In this document: one piece after another, positions 20,401-29,773 of the stretch
Layout: each line of letters opens with the position of its first letter
Position numbering within the stretch: position 1 is the stretch's first letter
Translations under genes and position numbers: made by a program
The notes under the pieces: model-generated
Seen by the model: the letters and a program-made list of their open reading frames with translations, nothing else
The model's database searches: none
What the model was told of the DNA's origin: nothing
DNA from: a virus
Lineage: Duplodnaviria; Heunggongvirae; Uroviricota; Caudoviricetes
DNA: 48,383 nt
IMG/VR virus record: IMGVR_UViG_2671180501_000010
Reading direction: 5' to 3' (one strand)

Positions 20401-21787
20401 TGATTTCCATCAGCATTACACTCTGATTTTTTAATTCATCGATCACTTCCTCTGGACGGGAATCCTGATCGATAAATTTCAACGCCTGCAACACCCGAAC
20501 CGCATCAATCTGACGTATATCACCGCCCTGACGCAATGACTGAACAGCCAGCGCGGAGGATGAGTCAAACACCTGGGCAGATACATCCAGTTCAGTGCGC
20601 ACATCCACATTGCCACCGCAACTCTCTCCGATCCATTCCGCCATTATCTGGAGAATATTATCGAGGGCATCTTCGAGGGAGTTCGCCATTGTATAAAGCG
20701 GCGAGTTTTCCTGCATTCGCTCTTCATTAGTCTGATCAACAGATTTGGTGGATGTATTTTCAGCACGCAGAAGTTTAGCGCCGGCATGACGCATCTGATT
20801 TTCCAGCTTCTCAAGTGATGTTTCGCCAGATTCTATCGCTGCGCCACTATGTTCAACATATTCGAGGCCATTTTTTGTTCTGTCCTCAAAAATCGTAGCG
20901 GTGGATGCACCAACCGTCAGTTCTTCATTCCTGTCCAGCCCGTAGGCCACCAGCAATGGAACGCGGGCAACATGAAGAATATTGTCCTGCTCGCTCTGGC
21001 TTTGCCAGTGCTTGATATTCAGCAAGCCAAGATTAAGCAATGGCGGTGTACCACGCATAAATCCTGTTTTCTTCGTGTACAGTGTTACCAGAGGAATATC
21101 ATCACGGCTGGTATTCCATGACTCATGAAGCGTCCAGACAGATTCGCCATTAGTGCCTTCGCTACGTCGATAAATTTCAACTCGACGGGGCATAATATGG
21201 CGGATCTGCTCCACCTTCTTCTGCCCGAAATCATCACCATCAATAATGATGACCTCTTTTATACGCAAATCAGTGAGAACAACTTTCCCTTTTTCAACTT
21301 TCGATTTCCATCCAATAACCTGGCGTGGATTCAGCATCGTAACGTACGGACGACCACCGGTCGCGTTTTCATCGGCTTTTGTCCGAATCTCTTTCATATC
21401 CGTTCGTGGATAGTCCACCAGCGCATGTGCCACACCATACTGAAATGCGAGGCTGAAAAATTGCTGCGCCCACACATCCAGTCGGCTCCCCTCCATGTCG
21501 ATATTTTCTGCATATTCCCTGATTTTTGCCGGCGTTTCCTCACTCAATACTGTCGGCTCTGCAAATATGCGCCCAATATTTTGCTTGATGCTTTCTTCAT
21601 ACACAGGAAGTAGCGTAGCCACAGACAGGCGTTTTTTATAAGCGTCTTCATCTTCGTTAGGCCATTTTGGGAGATAATTTTCCCCCTGCCTGCGCATTTC
21701 AAGCGTACCGCCCATCAGTGCGTCGTTAATATCCCACGCCTCCAGCATATCGTTATAGTCGAGGTTGGGTGTTGATATATCAGCCAT
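20381..21787 (-). CDS. Portal protein
   Basis: 468-aa ORF directly downstream of the large terminase gene; acidic C-terminus. Confidence 0.6.
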   Translation of the reverse strand: MADISTPNLDYNDMLEAWDINDALMGGTLEMRRQGENYLPKWPNEDEDAYKKRLSVATLLPVYEESIKQNIGRIFAEPTVLSEETPAKIREYAENIDMEGSRLDVWAQQFFSLAFQYGVAHALVDYPRTDMKEIRTKADENATGGRPYVTMLNPRQVIGWKSKVEKGKVVLTDLRIKEVIIIDGDDFGQKKVEQIRHIMPRRVEIYRRSEGTNGESVWTLHESWNTSRDDIPLVTLYTKKTGFMRGTPPLLNLGLLNIKHWQSQSEQDNILHVARVPLLVAYGLDRNEELTVGASTATIFEDRTKNGLEYVEHSGAAIESGETSLEKLENQMRHAGAKLLRAENTSTKSVDQTNEERMQENSPLYTMANSLEDALDNILQIMAEWIGESCGGNVDVRTELDVSAQVFDSSSALAVQSLRQGGDIRQIDAVRVLQALKFIDQDSRPEEVIDELKNQSVMLMEINDANRE

Positions 21788-21789
21788 AA

Positions 21790-23100
21790 TTAAATCCGAA
21801 GTGATGTGACTCTTCCGGTCGGTTTGACAATAGGGAATTGCTTAACGATGAAATAACCTCCGGCATCATTCGGGTGATCATTGCCAGATTTTTTATCAGG
21901 CTCCCCCTTCTCATCCCAGACCTGTTGCTCCAGAGATTCGGCATATAACGGGCAACGCTTCACATTAACTTTATAGCGACGCTCACCATTGGCATTGCAG
22001 AACATTGCATTCATTGAGTTAACGCGATCTTTTACTGGCGGGTTCGAGCTGTTCACCACAACGTTAAAACCAGCCTGCTTAAGCTGGGCTATATCCGTCG
22101 TACTTGCGTTACTTGATTTTCTGGAATCCCCGGAAGCATCTGGATAAATATAAATTTCCCTCACTTTCCGGTAATCATTCCCATCATACAGCCAGAAGCG
22201 TTCTTTAATGATGCGGATCATATCCGGCGTATCGTAGGCATTGATGATTTCAGTTACCGCACATGGAAGCCCCAAACGCAGCACATGGACGATTCCCGCC
22301 ATCTTTCCAACGTTAAAATCCATCCCAATATAAATCGGCTCCCCTGGCTGCTCCACTTCTTCGCAATTATTCAGTTTCCGGTCAAACTGATGGTAAACAG
22401 TACCACTTGTCAGGTTAGTAAACTGTCCTCGAAGATAGGCTTTAATCAGCTCTGGAGGGTATGATTCAAGAAGCGAAGGAATGTAATCTGCTGGCAGGTT
22501 CTTTTCATTATCGAAAGTAGATGCCTGCACCAGACCATACAGTGAGGCCAGCTCTGTTTTTTCACGCACGGCTTTAACAAACTGCTCGTAGACAAATTTG
22601 AATCCTTCCGGCGTGGTTGTAACGTCAATACCGTTGCGAAGTCCATCAATCTTATAACGCATACGTGCAATTATCTTGCGCCACGCCGTTCTGGCTTTTT
22701 CCTTCGGCAAAATGTCCAGTTCATCCACCAACGCATTACCAATTTTGAAACCGACGATCGTTTGTGGCTTCTCCATCGATCTGCAGATAGTGGTTCCCCG
22801 ATACTGGCGTCCGTAATAAAAGTGAACCTCTTTATTTCCCTCATTAATTTTTACGTTCAATCCCCAGTCAGCAGCAACTTCTTCCACTGTAGGGTAAAAA
22901 ATATCGCGAATTTGGGGATACGTTGGCGCAAAATATCCCTGATTTATACCTGGATGCTCCCAAATCCCCTTGCATATGCCGCCACACCCAACCCATGTTT
23001 TGCCCGAGCCAAAACCAGCAATATAGGCTTTAAATTTATGGGGCATTGAAAGAAATCGCGCCTGAGGCACATTAAGCGTCGGAGAGATCATCTTCATCAC
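21790..23100 (-). CDS. Terminase large subunit
   Basis: 436-aa ORF with Walker A-like YIAGFGSGKT near the N-terminus and acidic residues consistent with a nuclease domain; follows the small subunit gene. Confidence 0.65.
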   Translation of the reverse strand: MMKMISPTLNVPQARFLSMPHKFKAYIAGFGSGKTWVGCGGICKGIWEHPGINQGYFAPTYPQIRDIFYPTVEEVAADWGLNVKINEGNKEVHFYYGRQYRGTTICRSMEKPQTIVGFKIGNALVDELDILPKEKARTAWRKIIARMRYKIDGLRNGIDVTTTPEGFKFVYEQFVKAVREKTELASLYGLVQASTFDNEKNLPADYIPSLLESYPPELIKAYLRGQFTNLTSGTVYHQFDRKLNNCEEVEQPGEPIYIGMDFNVGKMAGIVHVLRLGLPCAVTEIINAYDTPDMIRIIKERFWLYDGNDYRKVREIYIYPDASGDSRKSSNASTTDIAQLKQAGFNVVVNSSNPPVKDRVNSMNAMFCNANGERRYKVNVKRCPLYAESLEQQVWDEKGEPDKKSGNDHPNDAGGYFIVKQFPIVKPTGRVTSLRI

Positions 23101-24166
23101 TCCTTACTCTGGCATCAACCACATTAATATTGATCGCCACAGGCTGGGGATGTTCATTATCTTCCACCGTTTCGATCTCTTTGCGCAGCTTCTGGTTTTC
23201 CATTCTGCGCCGTTCAATTTCCAGTTCCCGTAGCCGCTTATCTGCACATAAAGCCCCGCCAGCAGAAAACAAACGCAACAATTCACGCCGGGCGGCAGCC
23301 TTATCCTCCAGCAGGATCTCAACGCCGAATTTTCCGAATTTTGCCCCTGCATATAATTGCCGCGCATCCCCATCAAGCAGAGTGGTATCAGCCATATAAA
23401 GCTGTCCCGTTCCCTCACCGCAGCACTTCGGGCAGTCCGGATTGGGTATGGCGTTATCAACAAAGCCGAGGCCTCCATATTCCGGTTCGGGTTTGCCATC
23501 TCTGGAAGCCTGCGCCGCTGCCTTGTCGAATTCTGCTATATCGCGCCACTGGTAGAGATGATTCTCGCCCCAGCAATAACGGCAGTTAACACGGCGAAAT
23601 TGTGCAAGCTGATTGGGGTCGGCCAGGACAATAGCCATCAACTGACTCACTAGTAAATCCAGGTCTGCGGTATAGCGTTTCTGGTACTGATTGCGGAAGT
23701 AGCTGATAGCGCGAAAAACCCTGGCATTTCTAAGCATACGACTGGCGTTGCTGTTAGCTGTCGCACCTTGCCCCTCATAACCGGCTAGTCGGTACGCCTC
23801 TGTCGGCTTTTTACCCTGAGCAACAAGCATCGCAAACTTAGCCTGCTGGTCAGAAATGCCGAATTCATCGGGACAGAACGAAAATTCCTCCGCGTCGCCC
23901 TCATTCAGGCCCGCATCGAATACTGGCTTTTTTTCCTGAGATTTTTCGTTCCGCTTTTGTGCAGTCTGCGCAGATTTTTTCTGCGCACTTTTTTGCGCAG
24001 TTTTGCACATTTCTGTCTGCGCATTTTTCGGAGTTTTTTTGATGTAACGACGGGCTGTTGCGTAATTCAGTCCCCTTGCTTCACACCATGCCACCGGAGA
24101 TATACCGGAGCGGGTGTATTCAGCAATATACTCCTGCTGCAACGCCCCCCAGTCCGGTCTGCTCAT
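23072..24166 (-). CDS. Terminase small subunit (HTH N-terminus plus Terminase_2-like segment)
   Basis: Segment QQAKFAMLVAQGKKPTEAYRLAGYEGQGATANSNASRMLRNARV resembles small-terminase family motifs; immediately upstream of TerL. Confidence 0.5.
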   Translation of the reverse strand: MSRPDWGALQQEYIAEYTRSGISPVAWCEARGLNYATARRYIKKTPKNAQTEMCKTAQKSAQKKSAQTAQKRNEKSQEKKPVFDAGLNEGDAEEFSFCPDEFGISDQQAKFAMLVAQGKKPTEAYRLAGYEGQGATANSNASRMLRNARVFRAISYFRNQYQKRYTADLDLLVSQLMAIVLADPNQLAQFRRVNCRYCWGENHLYQWRDIAEFDKAAAQASRDGKPEPEYGGLGFVDNAIPNPDCPKCCGEGTGQLYMADTTLLDGDARQLYAGAKFGKFGVEILLEDKAAARRELLRLFSAGGALCADKRLRELEIERRRMENQKLRKEIETVEDNEHPQPVAININVVDARVRSDEDDLSDA

Positions 24167-24169
24167 CAG

Positions 24170-24421
24170 TTAGTCCTGATTTTTATCCACCCTGAGTAGT
24201 TCGCGCAGAGCAAAGGCATCCCCTTTTCTGGCAAGCTTAAACAATGCCGCTCGTAACTCGGCTTCACCTTTCGCTCTGCCCTTACGGATGGCCGCATAAA
24301 AATCTGTCATTGCTTCCCGATTTTCTTTCAGTCGGTTCAGATCAACATCCAGAACGTCAGCGATTTGTTGTGCAGTCATCCGGCACGCTGCCAGAGACTC
24401 GACTTTCGAATACGGAATCAT
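24170..24421 (-). CDS. Small helix-turn-helix protein (83 aa), function unknown
   Basis: ORF with TAQQIADVLDVDLNRLKENR HTH-like segment; overlaps the 3' end of the upstream ORF, so coding status is uncertain. Confidence 0.3.
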   Translation of the reverse strand: MIPYSKVESLAACRMTAQQIADVLDVDLNRLKENREAMTDFYAAIRKGRAKGEAELRAALFKLARKGDAFALRELLRVDKNQD

Positions 24422-25307
24422 TTGTCACCCCCATTGATATGCAGGGTGTCTTCTTCCTGTATTTTTCGTGAAGGATTTTTACTGCAGCGTTGTTCCAGGT
24501 GACCTGATGGTGAATGCGTTTATGACTGGCACCCATAAGTGAGATTTTTACGCACGACGGCGCATACATGACGGAGTAAAAACTTTTAACGTAGGTTCCG
24601 GAATCCAGATACAGCTCGGTCATTCCGCCGCTGTTTTTCTGCGTCTGTTTCTGCCCTAACTGGACAGCACCGATCGTCATAAACAATTCACCACAGCGAC
24701 CGAGATTCGTGTACGTATTCACATCCTCGTTAATGCGCCCCATGAATGAGAACGGTCGATCAACCGAACAGATAAAGCTGTTCATTGCCTTGCGTTTCAC
24801 CCACGAAGCATGGCCGCCATTGTCACCAAGAAAATCCCCGCCCTGCGACATAGCGATGGAAAGAGCAGGTATTGATTCGTAGTACGCAAGCATTTCAGAA
24901 AGGATCTCATCCAGTTTCCTTATCGGGAAATAGGCCTGGTCATAGTTGCGATCCACCCGAAACTGGAACTCGTGATAATCATCATCGAGCTGAATGAAGT
25001 ATTTACACCCGACCAGTTTTGCCTGGTCGAAACAGGCATTACGGGCGTAAAAAATTGAGCGGCGGTCACTAAAATTATCGGCTTCGTCAAAACGACTAGC
25101 AATATCGGCTTTGGAAAATACCAGCACCTGTTCACCAAATTCAGCCATGTACTGATGCCGTGTCTTATCTTCATCATCAACAACGATAAAAATTTTCCCG
25201 GTATAGCCAGCACGACGCAACGTCCGGTAAGTCAGAACTTTGTCCGGTCGCCCGTGAGTCAGAATAAAGGCGCAAAAATCATCACGCATATTCCTCCTCC
25301 CCGCCAT
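24357..25307 (-). CDS. Hypothetical protein with GT-A-fold glycosyltransferase-like motifs
   Basis: 316-aa ORF; N-terminal FILTHGRPDKV…IFIVVDDEDK and later FIQLDDDYHEF (DxD-like) resemble family-2 glycosyltransferase signatures; pattern recognition only. Confidence 0.35.
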   Translation of the reverse strand: MAGRRNMRDDFCAFILTHGRPDKVLTYRTLRRAGYTGKIFIVVDDEDKTRHQYMAEFGEQVLVFSKADIASRFDEADNFSDRRSIFYARNACFDQAKLVGCKYFIQLDDDYHEFQFRVDRNYDQAYFPIRKLDEILSEMLAYYESIPALSIAMSQGGDFLGDNGGHASWVKRKAMNSFICSVDRPFSFMGRINEDVNTYTNLGRCGELFMTIGAVQLGQKQTQKNSGGMTELYLDSGTYVKSFYSVMYAPSCVKISLMGASHKRIHHQVTWNNAAVKILHEKYRKKTPCISMGVTNDSVFESRVSGSVPDDCTTNR

Positions 25308-26070
25308 GCATGATCTCCACCATGCGCTGCGTCATTCGGACAAATCCATTTTCAATAGCCTGCTGATAATCAATGATCACCAGCGCCGACTCCTCGAAAA
25401 GGCACTGAATTTCAGCGGGGGCATGAGCGTAATAGTCCGCAATTCTGCTGAAATTAAACACCGTGTGACGTTCTGCTGCACACAGGAGGAATTTCTCAAT
25501 ATCAGGATCAAGGGACGCCGAACGTATCCGGCTGATCAGCTCCTGAGTTTTCGTATCGTCGTACAGTTCACTGATATCCGGTTTACCGCCTGACGGCTCA
25601 TAAACAGGCGTATCAATTTTCGTCGTATACGGCTCCTCCTCATTTCCTGTACCGGGCAAAACATCCGTCAACAGTTCATCAATTTCTGCCGGGATGAAGC
25701 CTGTCAGGGAGACATCAAAATCAGCATTGATTAGGTCCGACAGCTCCATCCGCAACAGATCTTCATCCCAGCCAGCATTCATCGGCAGGCGATTATCTGC
25801 CAGGCGGTACGCCTTTTTCTGCTCATCCGTCAGGCCAGACAGAACAATGACCGGAACAGAATCCATTTTGAGCATTTCAGCCGCCATAACACGACCGTGA
25901 CCCGCAATAATTTCGCCCTTTTCGTCAATCAGCACCGGATTAGTCCAGCCGAATTGCTTAATACTTTCTACCAGTTGTGCCACCTGCTCAGTACTGTGCG
26001 TCCTGGCGTTGTGCGCATACGGTGACAATTCTTGTAATGGGCGATAGACTATCTTTAATTTCTCGCTCAT
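25282..26070 (-). CDS. ParB-like nuclease domain protein
   Basis: N-terminal ParB/Srx-like signature (LSPYAHNARTHS…GWTNPVLIDEKGEIIAGHGRVMAAEML…VPVIVL); C-terminal 160 aa unassigned. Confidence 0.7.
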   Translation of the reverse strand: MSEKLKIVYRPLQELSPYAHNARTHSTEQVAQLVESIKQFGWTNPVLIDEKGEIIAGHGRVMAAEMLKMDSVPVIVLSGLTDEQKKAYRLADNRLPMNAGWDEDLLRMELSDLINADFDVSLTGFIPAEIDELLTDVLPGTGNEEEPYTTKIDTPVYEPSGGKPDISELYDDTKTQELISRIRSASLDPDIEKFLLCAAERHTVFNFSRIADYYAHAPAEIQCLFEESALVIIDYQQAIENGFVRMTQRMVEIMHGGEEEYA

Positions 26071-26207
26071 ACAGCCTTGCTTTATGAATAAAACGCACCC
26101 CAGCAGCCAGTGCTACTGGGGGCGGAGGTGTTGCTGGTAAAGTTAGGTATTGGATCAATGAGTGAGTCAACATAATATTAAACTCACAATTATAAATCAG
26201 CCATATA

Positions 26208-27665
26208 TTAGGAGCGCCAAAAAAAACCTGAAAACAATATAATAACAGGATAAATTTCAAGGCGACCAAGAATCATAGCTATGCACATTAAATATTTTGC
26301 AATGTCATTAAGCACTCCGAATGACGATGCAGTAGCCCCAAAACCTAATCCCATATTATTAATACATGCAGCCACTGTTGCAAATGATGTAAGAAAATCA
26401 TATCCCATACCATTTAACACCAGTATAAAAAACACCGTGAAGAGAGTATAAAGAAAAAAGAAACTCCATACAGACCTCATTACACGATCTGTAACTATCT
26501 TCCCTCCTACATTTACACTCAACAACGCTCTGGGATGAGAAAGCTGATTTATCTCGTGTTTGCTTTGTTTGAAAAGTATAAGAAATCGAAGTGACTTAAT
26601 TCCACCACAGGTTGAACCTATACATCCCCCAAAGAAACTTGACAACAGCAAAAACACTATCGTGTGCGTGGGCCAGTTTGCATAATCCTGCGTAGCTAAA
26701 CCATTATCAGTGAGCATGGAGCTGGCAAGAAAAAACGAATGAATAAAACTTCCATGCAAGTCATACATACCTATATGCCAGACCTGGAAAGAGGTAACAA
26801 TGATCACCCCTAAGGCTATTAACAGAAAGAAACGAAGTTCAATATCTCTGATTAAAGGTTTTATCGTTTTTCTGCTAATAACAATATACCAAAGAGTGAA
26901 GTTGAAAGCCGATAGCAGGGAAAAAGAACCAGCCACCAGCTCAACCAAATAGTTATTAAAATATCCGATACTCTCGCTATGAGTTGAGAAACCACCAAGC
27001 GAAACTGTGGAAATCCCGTGACAAATAGCATCAAACAAAGGCATTCCTGCAAGTCTATAACAGACAATACAAGCAATACCTAATAAAGAATAAGTTATCC
27101 ACAGTGTCCGTGACGTATCGGCCAGGCGGGGAGTGAGTTTGTCATCCTTAAATGGCCCCGGCATTTCTGACTGATAAAGCTTTGCACCACCAATACCCAA
27201 TAATGGCAATACTGCAACCGCCAGAACAATAACTCCTAAACCACCTATAAAATTTAACTGTGACCGATAGTACAAATATGCCCGAGGTAATGAACTAACA
27301 TCATCAATTACAGTTGCTCCTGTTGTTGTTATTCCAGAAACCCCTTCAAACAGAGCATCAATGAACGTTAAATTAAGTTCTGAGTCAATCCATAAAGGGA
27401 ATGCACTAATAACAGAAAACAAAATCCAAAACATTACAATTATAATAAACCCATCACGGGTACGTAATTGAATGCCAGATTTCTTAGTTGTATACCACGC
27501 TCCGCCACCAATGCAAAAAAATATAACGAAAGTTATAAAGAAAACGAACAGGCTTTTTTCTTTATAAAACAATGCTACAACCATTGGTGGCAACATTGAA
27601 AGACTATAGAGCCAAACCAGGAACCCACACATATGAGTAACAACTCTTACATGAGATGTATTCAT
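26208..27665 (-). CDS. trkG: Trk-system potassium uptake protein TrkG
   Basis: 485 aa from ATG 27665 (MNTSHVRVVTHMCGFLVWLYS…), matching recalled K-12 TrkG; polytopic membrane protein; markedly AT-rich gene. Confidence 0.9.
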   Translation of the reverse strand: MNTSHVRVVTHMCGFLVWLYSLSMLPPMVVALFYKEKSLFVFFITFVIFFCIGGGAWYTTKKSGIQLRTRDGFIIIVMFWILFSVISAFPLWIDSELNLTFIDALFEGVSGITTTGATVIDDVSSLPRAYLYYRSQLNFIGGLGVIVLAVAVLPLLGIGGAKLYQSEMPGPFKDDKLTPRLADTSRTLWITYSLLGIACIVCYRLAGMPLFDAICHGISTVSLGGFSTHSESIGYFNNYLVELVAGSFSLLSAFNFTLWYIVISRKTIKPLIRDIELRFFLLIALGVIIVTSFQVWHIGMYDLHGSFIHSFFLASSMLTDNGLATQDYANWPTHTIVFLLLSSFFGGCIGSTCGGIKSLRFLILFKQSKHEINQLSHPRALLSVNVGGKIVTDRVMRSVWSFFFLYTLFTVFFILVLNGMGYDFLTSFATVAACINNMGLGFGATASSFGVLNDIAKYLMCIAMILGRLEIYPVIILFSGFFWRS

Positions 27666-27802
27666 ATCTAAATATTCTTTCAATTATAACCACCTTGCTG
27701 CAATATTATGATTATACTGTATAAAATTTAACTCCTCTTAGATCTTACTTCACTGTTCCTTATGAAACAATCATCAAAATGAATCATATTGTAGTTAAGA
27801 TT

Positions 27803-28267
27803 TTACTTTAAACACTGCTCGGTTATGTATTGCTGAGCACCTTCAAGTTGGGCCTGCATCATTACCAGTCGTTCCCGGAGGGTGAAATAATCCCGTTCAG
27901 CGGTGTCTGCCAGTCGGGGGGAGGCTGCATTATCCACGCCGGAGGCGGTGGTGGCTTCACGCACTGACTGACAGACTGCTTTGATGTGCAACCGACGACG
28001 ACCAGCGGCAACATCATCACGCAGAGCATCATTTTCAGCTTTCGCATCAGCTAACTCCTTCGTGTATTTTGCATCGAGCGCAGCAACATCACGCTGACGC
28101 ATCTGCATGTCAGTAATTGCCGCGTTCGCCAGCTTCAGTTCTCTGGCATTTTTGTCGCGCTGGGCTTTGTAGGTAATGGCGTTATCACGGTAATGATTAA
28201 CAGCCCATGACAGGCAGACGATGATGCAGATAACCAGAGCGGAGATAATCGCGGTTACTCTGTTCAT
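27803..28267 (-). CDS. rzpR: Spanin, inner-membrane subunit (Rz)
   Basis: N-terminal TM helix then coiled-coil periplasmic domain; ATG at 28267 overlaps the R stop (ATGA); directly downstream of the endolysin. Confidence 0.8.
   Translation of the reverse strand: MNRVTAIISALVICIIVCLSWAVNHYRDNAITYKAQRDKNARELKLANAAITDMQMRQRDVAALDAKYTKELADAKAENDALRDDVAAGRRRLHIKAVCQSVREATTASGVDNAASPRLADTAERDYFTLRERLVMMQAQLEGAQQYITEQCLK
27862..28047 (-). CDS. rzoR: Spanin, outer-membrane lipoprotein subunit (Rz1), embedded in Rz in the +1 frame
   Basis: 61-aa ORF with lipobox (LVVVGC) and proline-rich region (PPPPPAW…PPPDW), wholly inside Rz in another frame. Confidence 0.75.
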   Translation of the reverse strand: MRKLKMMLCVMMLPLVVVGCTSKQSVSQCVKPPPPPAWIMQPPPDWQTPLNGIISPSGNDW

Positions 28268-28761
28268 TGCTGACCCCACAAACAGATTTCACGCTCAATC
28301 TCACGACGAGTCATGAGACCTTTCCATTGCTTACCGCCAGCATATGTCCAGCGACGTAGCTGATCACATGCGCCTTTGATATCGCCCTGGTTTATTTTGC
28401 GAAGAAGCGTCGATGTTCTGAAATTGCCAGCACCCACGTTGTAAACGAATGAGTAAAGAGCGCCGCGCGTTGTTTCCGGTATATCGACTTTGATGTACGG
28501 GTTAATTTGTCTGGCGACAGTGGCAAGGTCTTTATTCAAGAGTGTTTTGCATTCTGCTTTGGTATACGTTTTACCGAGCATGATGTCTTTTCCTGTATGC
28601 CCGTGACATACAGTCCATACACCAACAATATCTTTGTATGGTATGTAGCTGACACCTTCCAGACCATCGTTACCACTTGGGCCAGTGATTAACACTGATG
28701 CTATAGCAATTGCTCCGCCACCAATAGCAGCAGCAACGACTTTTCGTAATGATGGAGGCAT
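28264..28761 (-). CDS. R: SAR endolysin (T4-lysozyme-like muramidase, phage 21 R-type)
   Basis: Gly/Ala-rich weakly hydrophobic N-terminal SAR helix ([18 protein letters not shown]) followed by a lysozyme catalytic region (E…D/C…T); start overlaps holin stop. Confidence 0.85.
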   Translation of the reverse strand: MPPSLRKVVAAAIGGGAIAIASVLITGPSGNDGLEGVSYIPYKDIVGVWTVCHGHTGKDIMLGKTYTKAECKTLLNKDLATVARQINPYIKVDIPETTRGALYSFVYNVGAGNFRTSTLLRKINQGDIKGACDQLRRWTYAGGKQWKGLMTRREIEREICLWGQQ

Positions 28762-28976
28762 TATTCACCTCTCGCAGCCTTGCGCTTATCTTCTTTAATC
28801 TTGAAATAAAGGTTTGTCAGGTACGTCAGCAGGCCAAATACCAGACTACCCAGCACACCGATTGCAGCCCACTGTGACGGAGTTACTCTATCGAGCAACT
28901 GTAAAAACCAGTAGCCAGCACTGCCTGCGGAGGTGCCGTAGGCAATGCCTGTTGAAATTTTGTCCATGGATTTCAT
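28761..28976 (-). CDS. S: Pinholin (phage 21 S-type) with dual-start motif
   Basis: [26 protein letters not shown]…KAARGE matches recalled S21; starts at 28976 (MKS, antiholin) and 28967 (MDK, holin); two TM segments. Confidence 0.85.
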   Translation of the reverse strand: MKSMDKISTGIAYGTSAGSAGYWFLQLLDRVTPSQWAAIGVLGSLVFGLLTYLTNLYFKIKEDKRKAARGE

Positions 28977-29077
28977 AGCCTCACCTCCGCACGGAACGGA
29001 TGGCATAGTTATTATGTGTAGGCTTTCAGACACATCAATCAGAGCCTTAATTGATATATATGCTGGAGACGATGCAA

Positions 29078-29102
29078 TATAAAAAGCTCGCCGTAGCGAG
29101 CT
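29078..29102 (-). terminator. Rho-independent terminator downstream of lipoprotein gene 1
   Basis: 7-bp stem agctcgc / gcgagct with loop cgta (29085-29102), followed on the minus strand by a T-run. Confidence 0.5.
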
Positions 29103-29227
29103 AATAAAATGTATTTCTCTGATATTATGTTTATTTGTATTAGCTCAGACTTGACATCACAGGTTTCGTATATAGAACATCATCAAATCTGTCAGTTTGC
29201 TATGAATGAGATATAGTAATTGAAGAG

Positions 29228-29623
29228 CTAACCTCGCATGTCAAAGCCAGATTTCTGAAAATCTCTGTAGACTTCCGGATTGTTGAAGGCCGGAAATTTG
29301 GCTTTATGAGCTGCGGACTTTATCGCTTCGCAATAGGCTTTATCACCGTTACTGGTAGATATTTTTAACGCCGTGCCATCCTGAGAGAATTCCATATGCA
29401 ACCTGCATTTTTTCCCTTTCCAGTTATGCGGCTCATCAAGTTTGGCATTAATTGCAGCTCTGATTCCCCGCGCTTGCGCCCCCCATTCATCCTGATCATC
29501 CCAGCGTCCTGAACTGCAACTACCTGTAGCAGTAGTTTTGTGGCAATCTGAAGGGTGTAAAGGTGTGCATCCCGCAACAAAACCGACCCAAAAAGTCAAC
29601 ATAACGATTTTCTTTAATCCCAC
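29228..29623 (-). CDS. Lipoprotein with TolA C-terminal (domain III)-like domain, paralogue 1
   Basis: GTG start at 29623 with GAGGAG RBS; signal peptide plus lipobox (FVAGC); C-terminal region (…KGKKCRLHMEFSQDGTALKIS…YCEAIKSAAHKAKFPAFNNPEVYRDFQKSGFD) parallels TolA domain III. Confidence 0.7.
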   Translation of the reverse strand: MGLKKIVMLTFWVGFVAGCTPLHPSDCHKTTATGSCSSGRWDDQDEWGAQARGIRAAINAKLDEPHNWKGKKCRLHMEFSQDGTALKISTSNGDKAYCEAIKSAAHKAKFPAFNNPEVYRDFQKSGFDMRG

Positions 29624-29773
29624 TTCTTGCTCCTCAATCCATTAAAATCTCAGCAATAGTAGTTGTTACGTCCGCCACTGGCTCAGAGCTGACTATCCGC
29701 TAAATTTAGCTCAGTGCCGTAGCTGTGTCAGAACAAACCTAAGCCGAAACCGTTTATTACAAAACAATAAATA

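Noticed and set aside
23104-23653. Overlapping ORFs inside the terminase small subunit gene (23104-23499, 23130-23399, 23341-23589, 23357-23653)
   Set aside because: Nested in other frames of a longer ORF that carries terminase-small-subunit-like motifs; no independent support.
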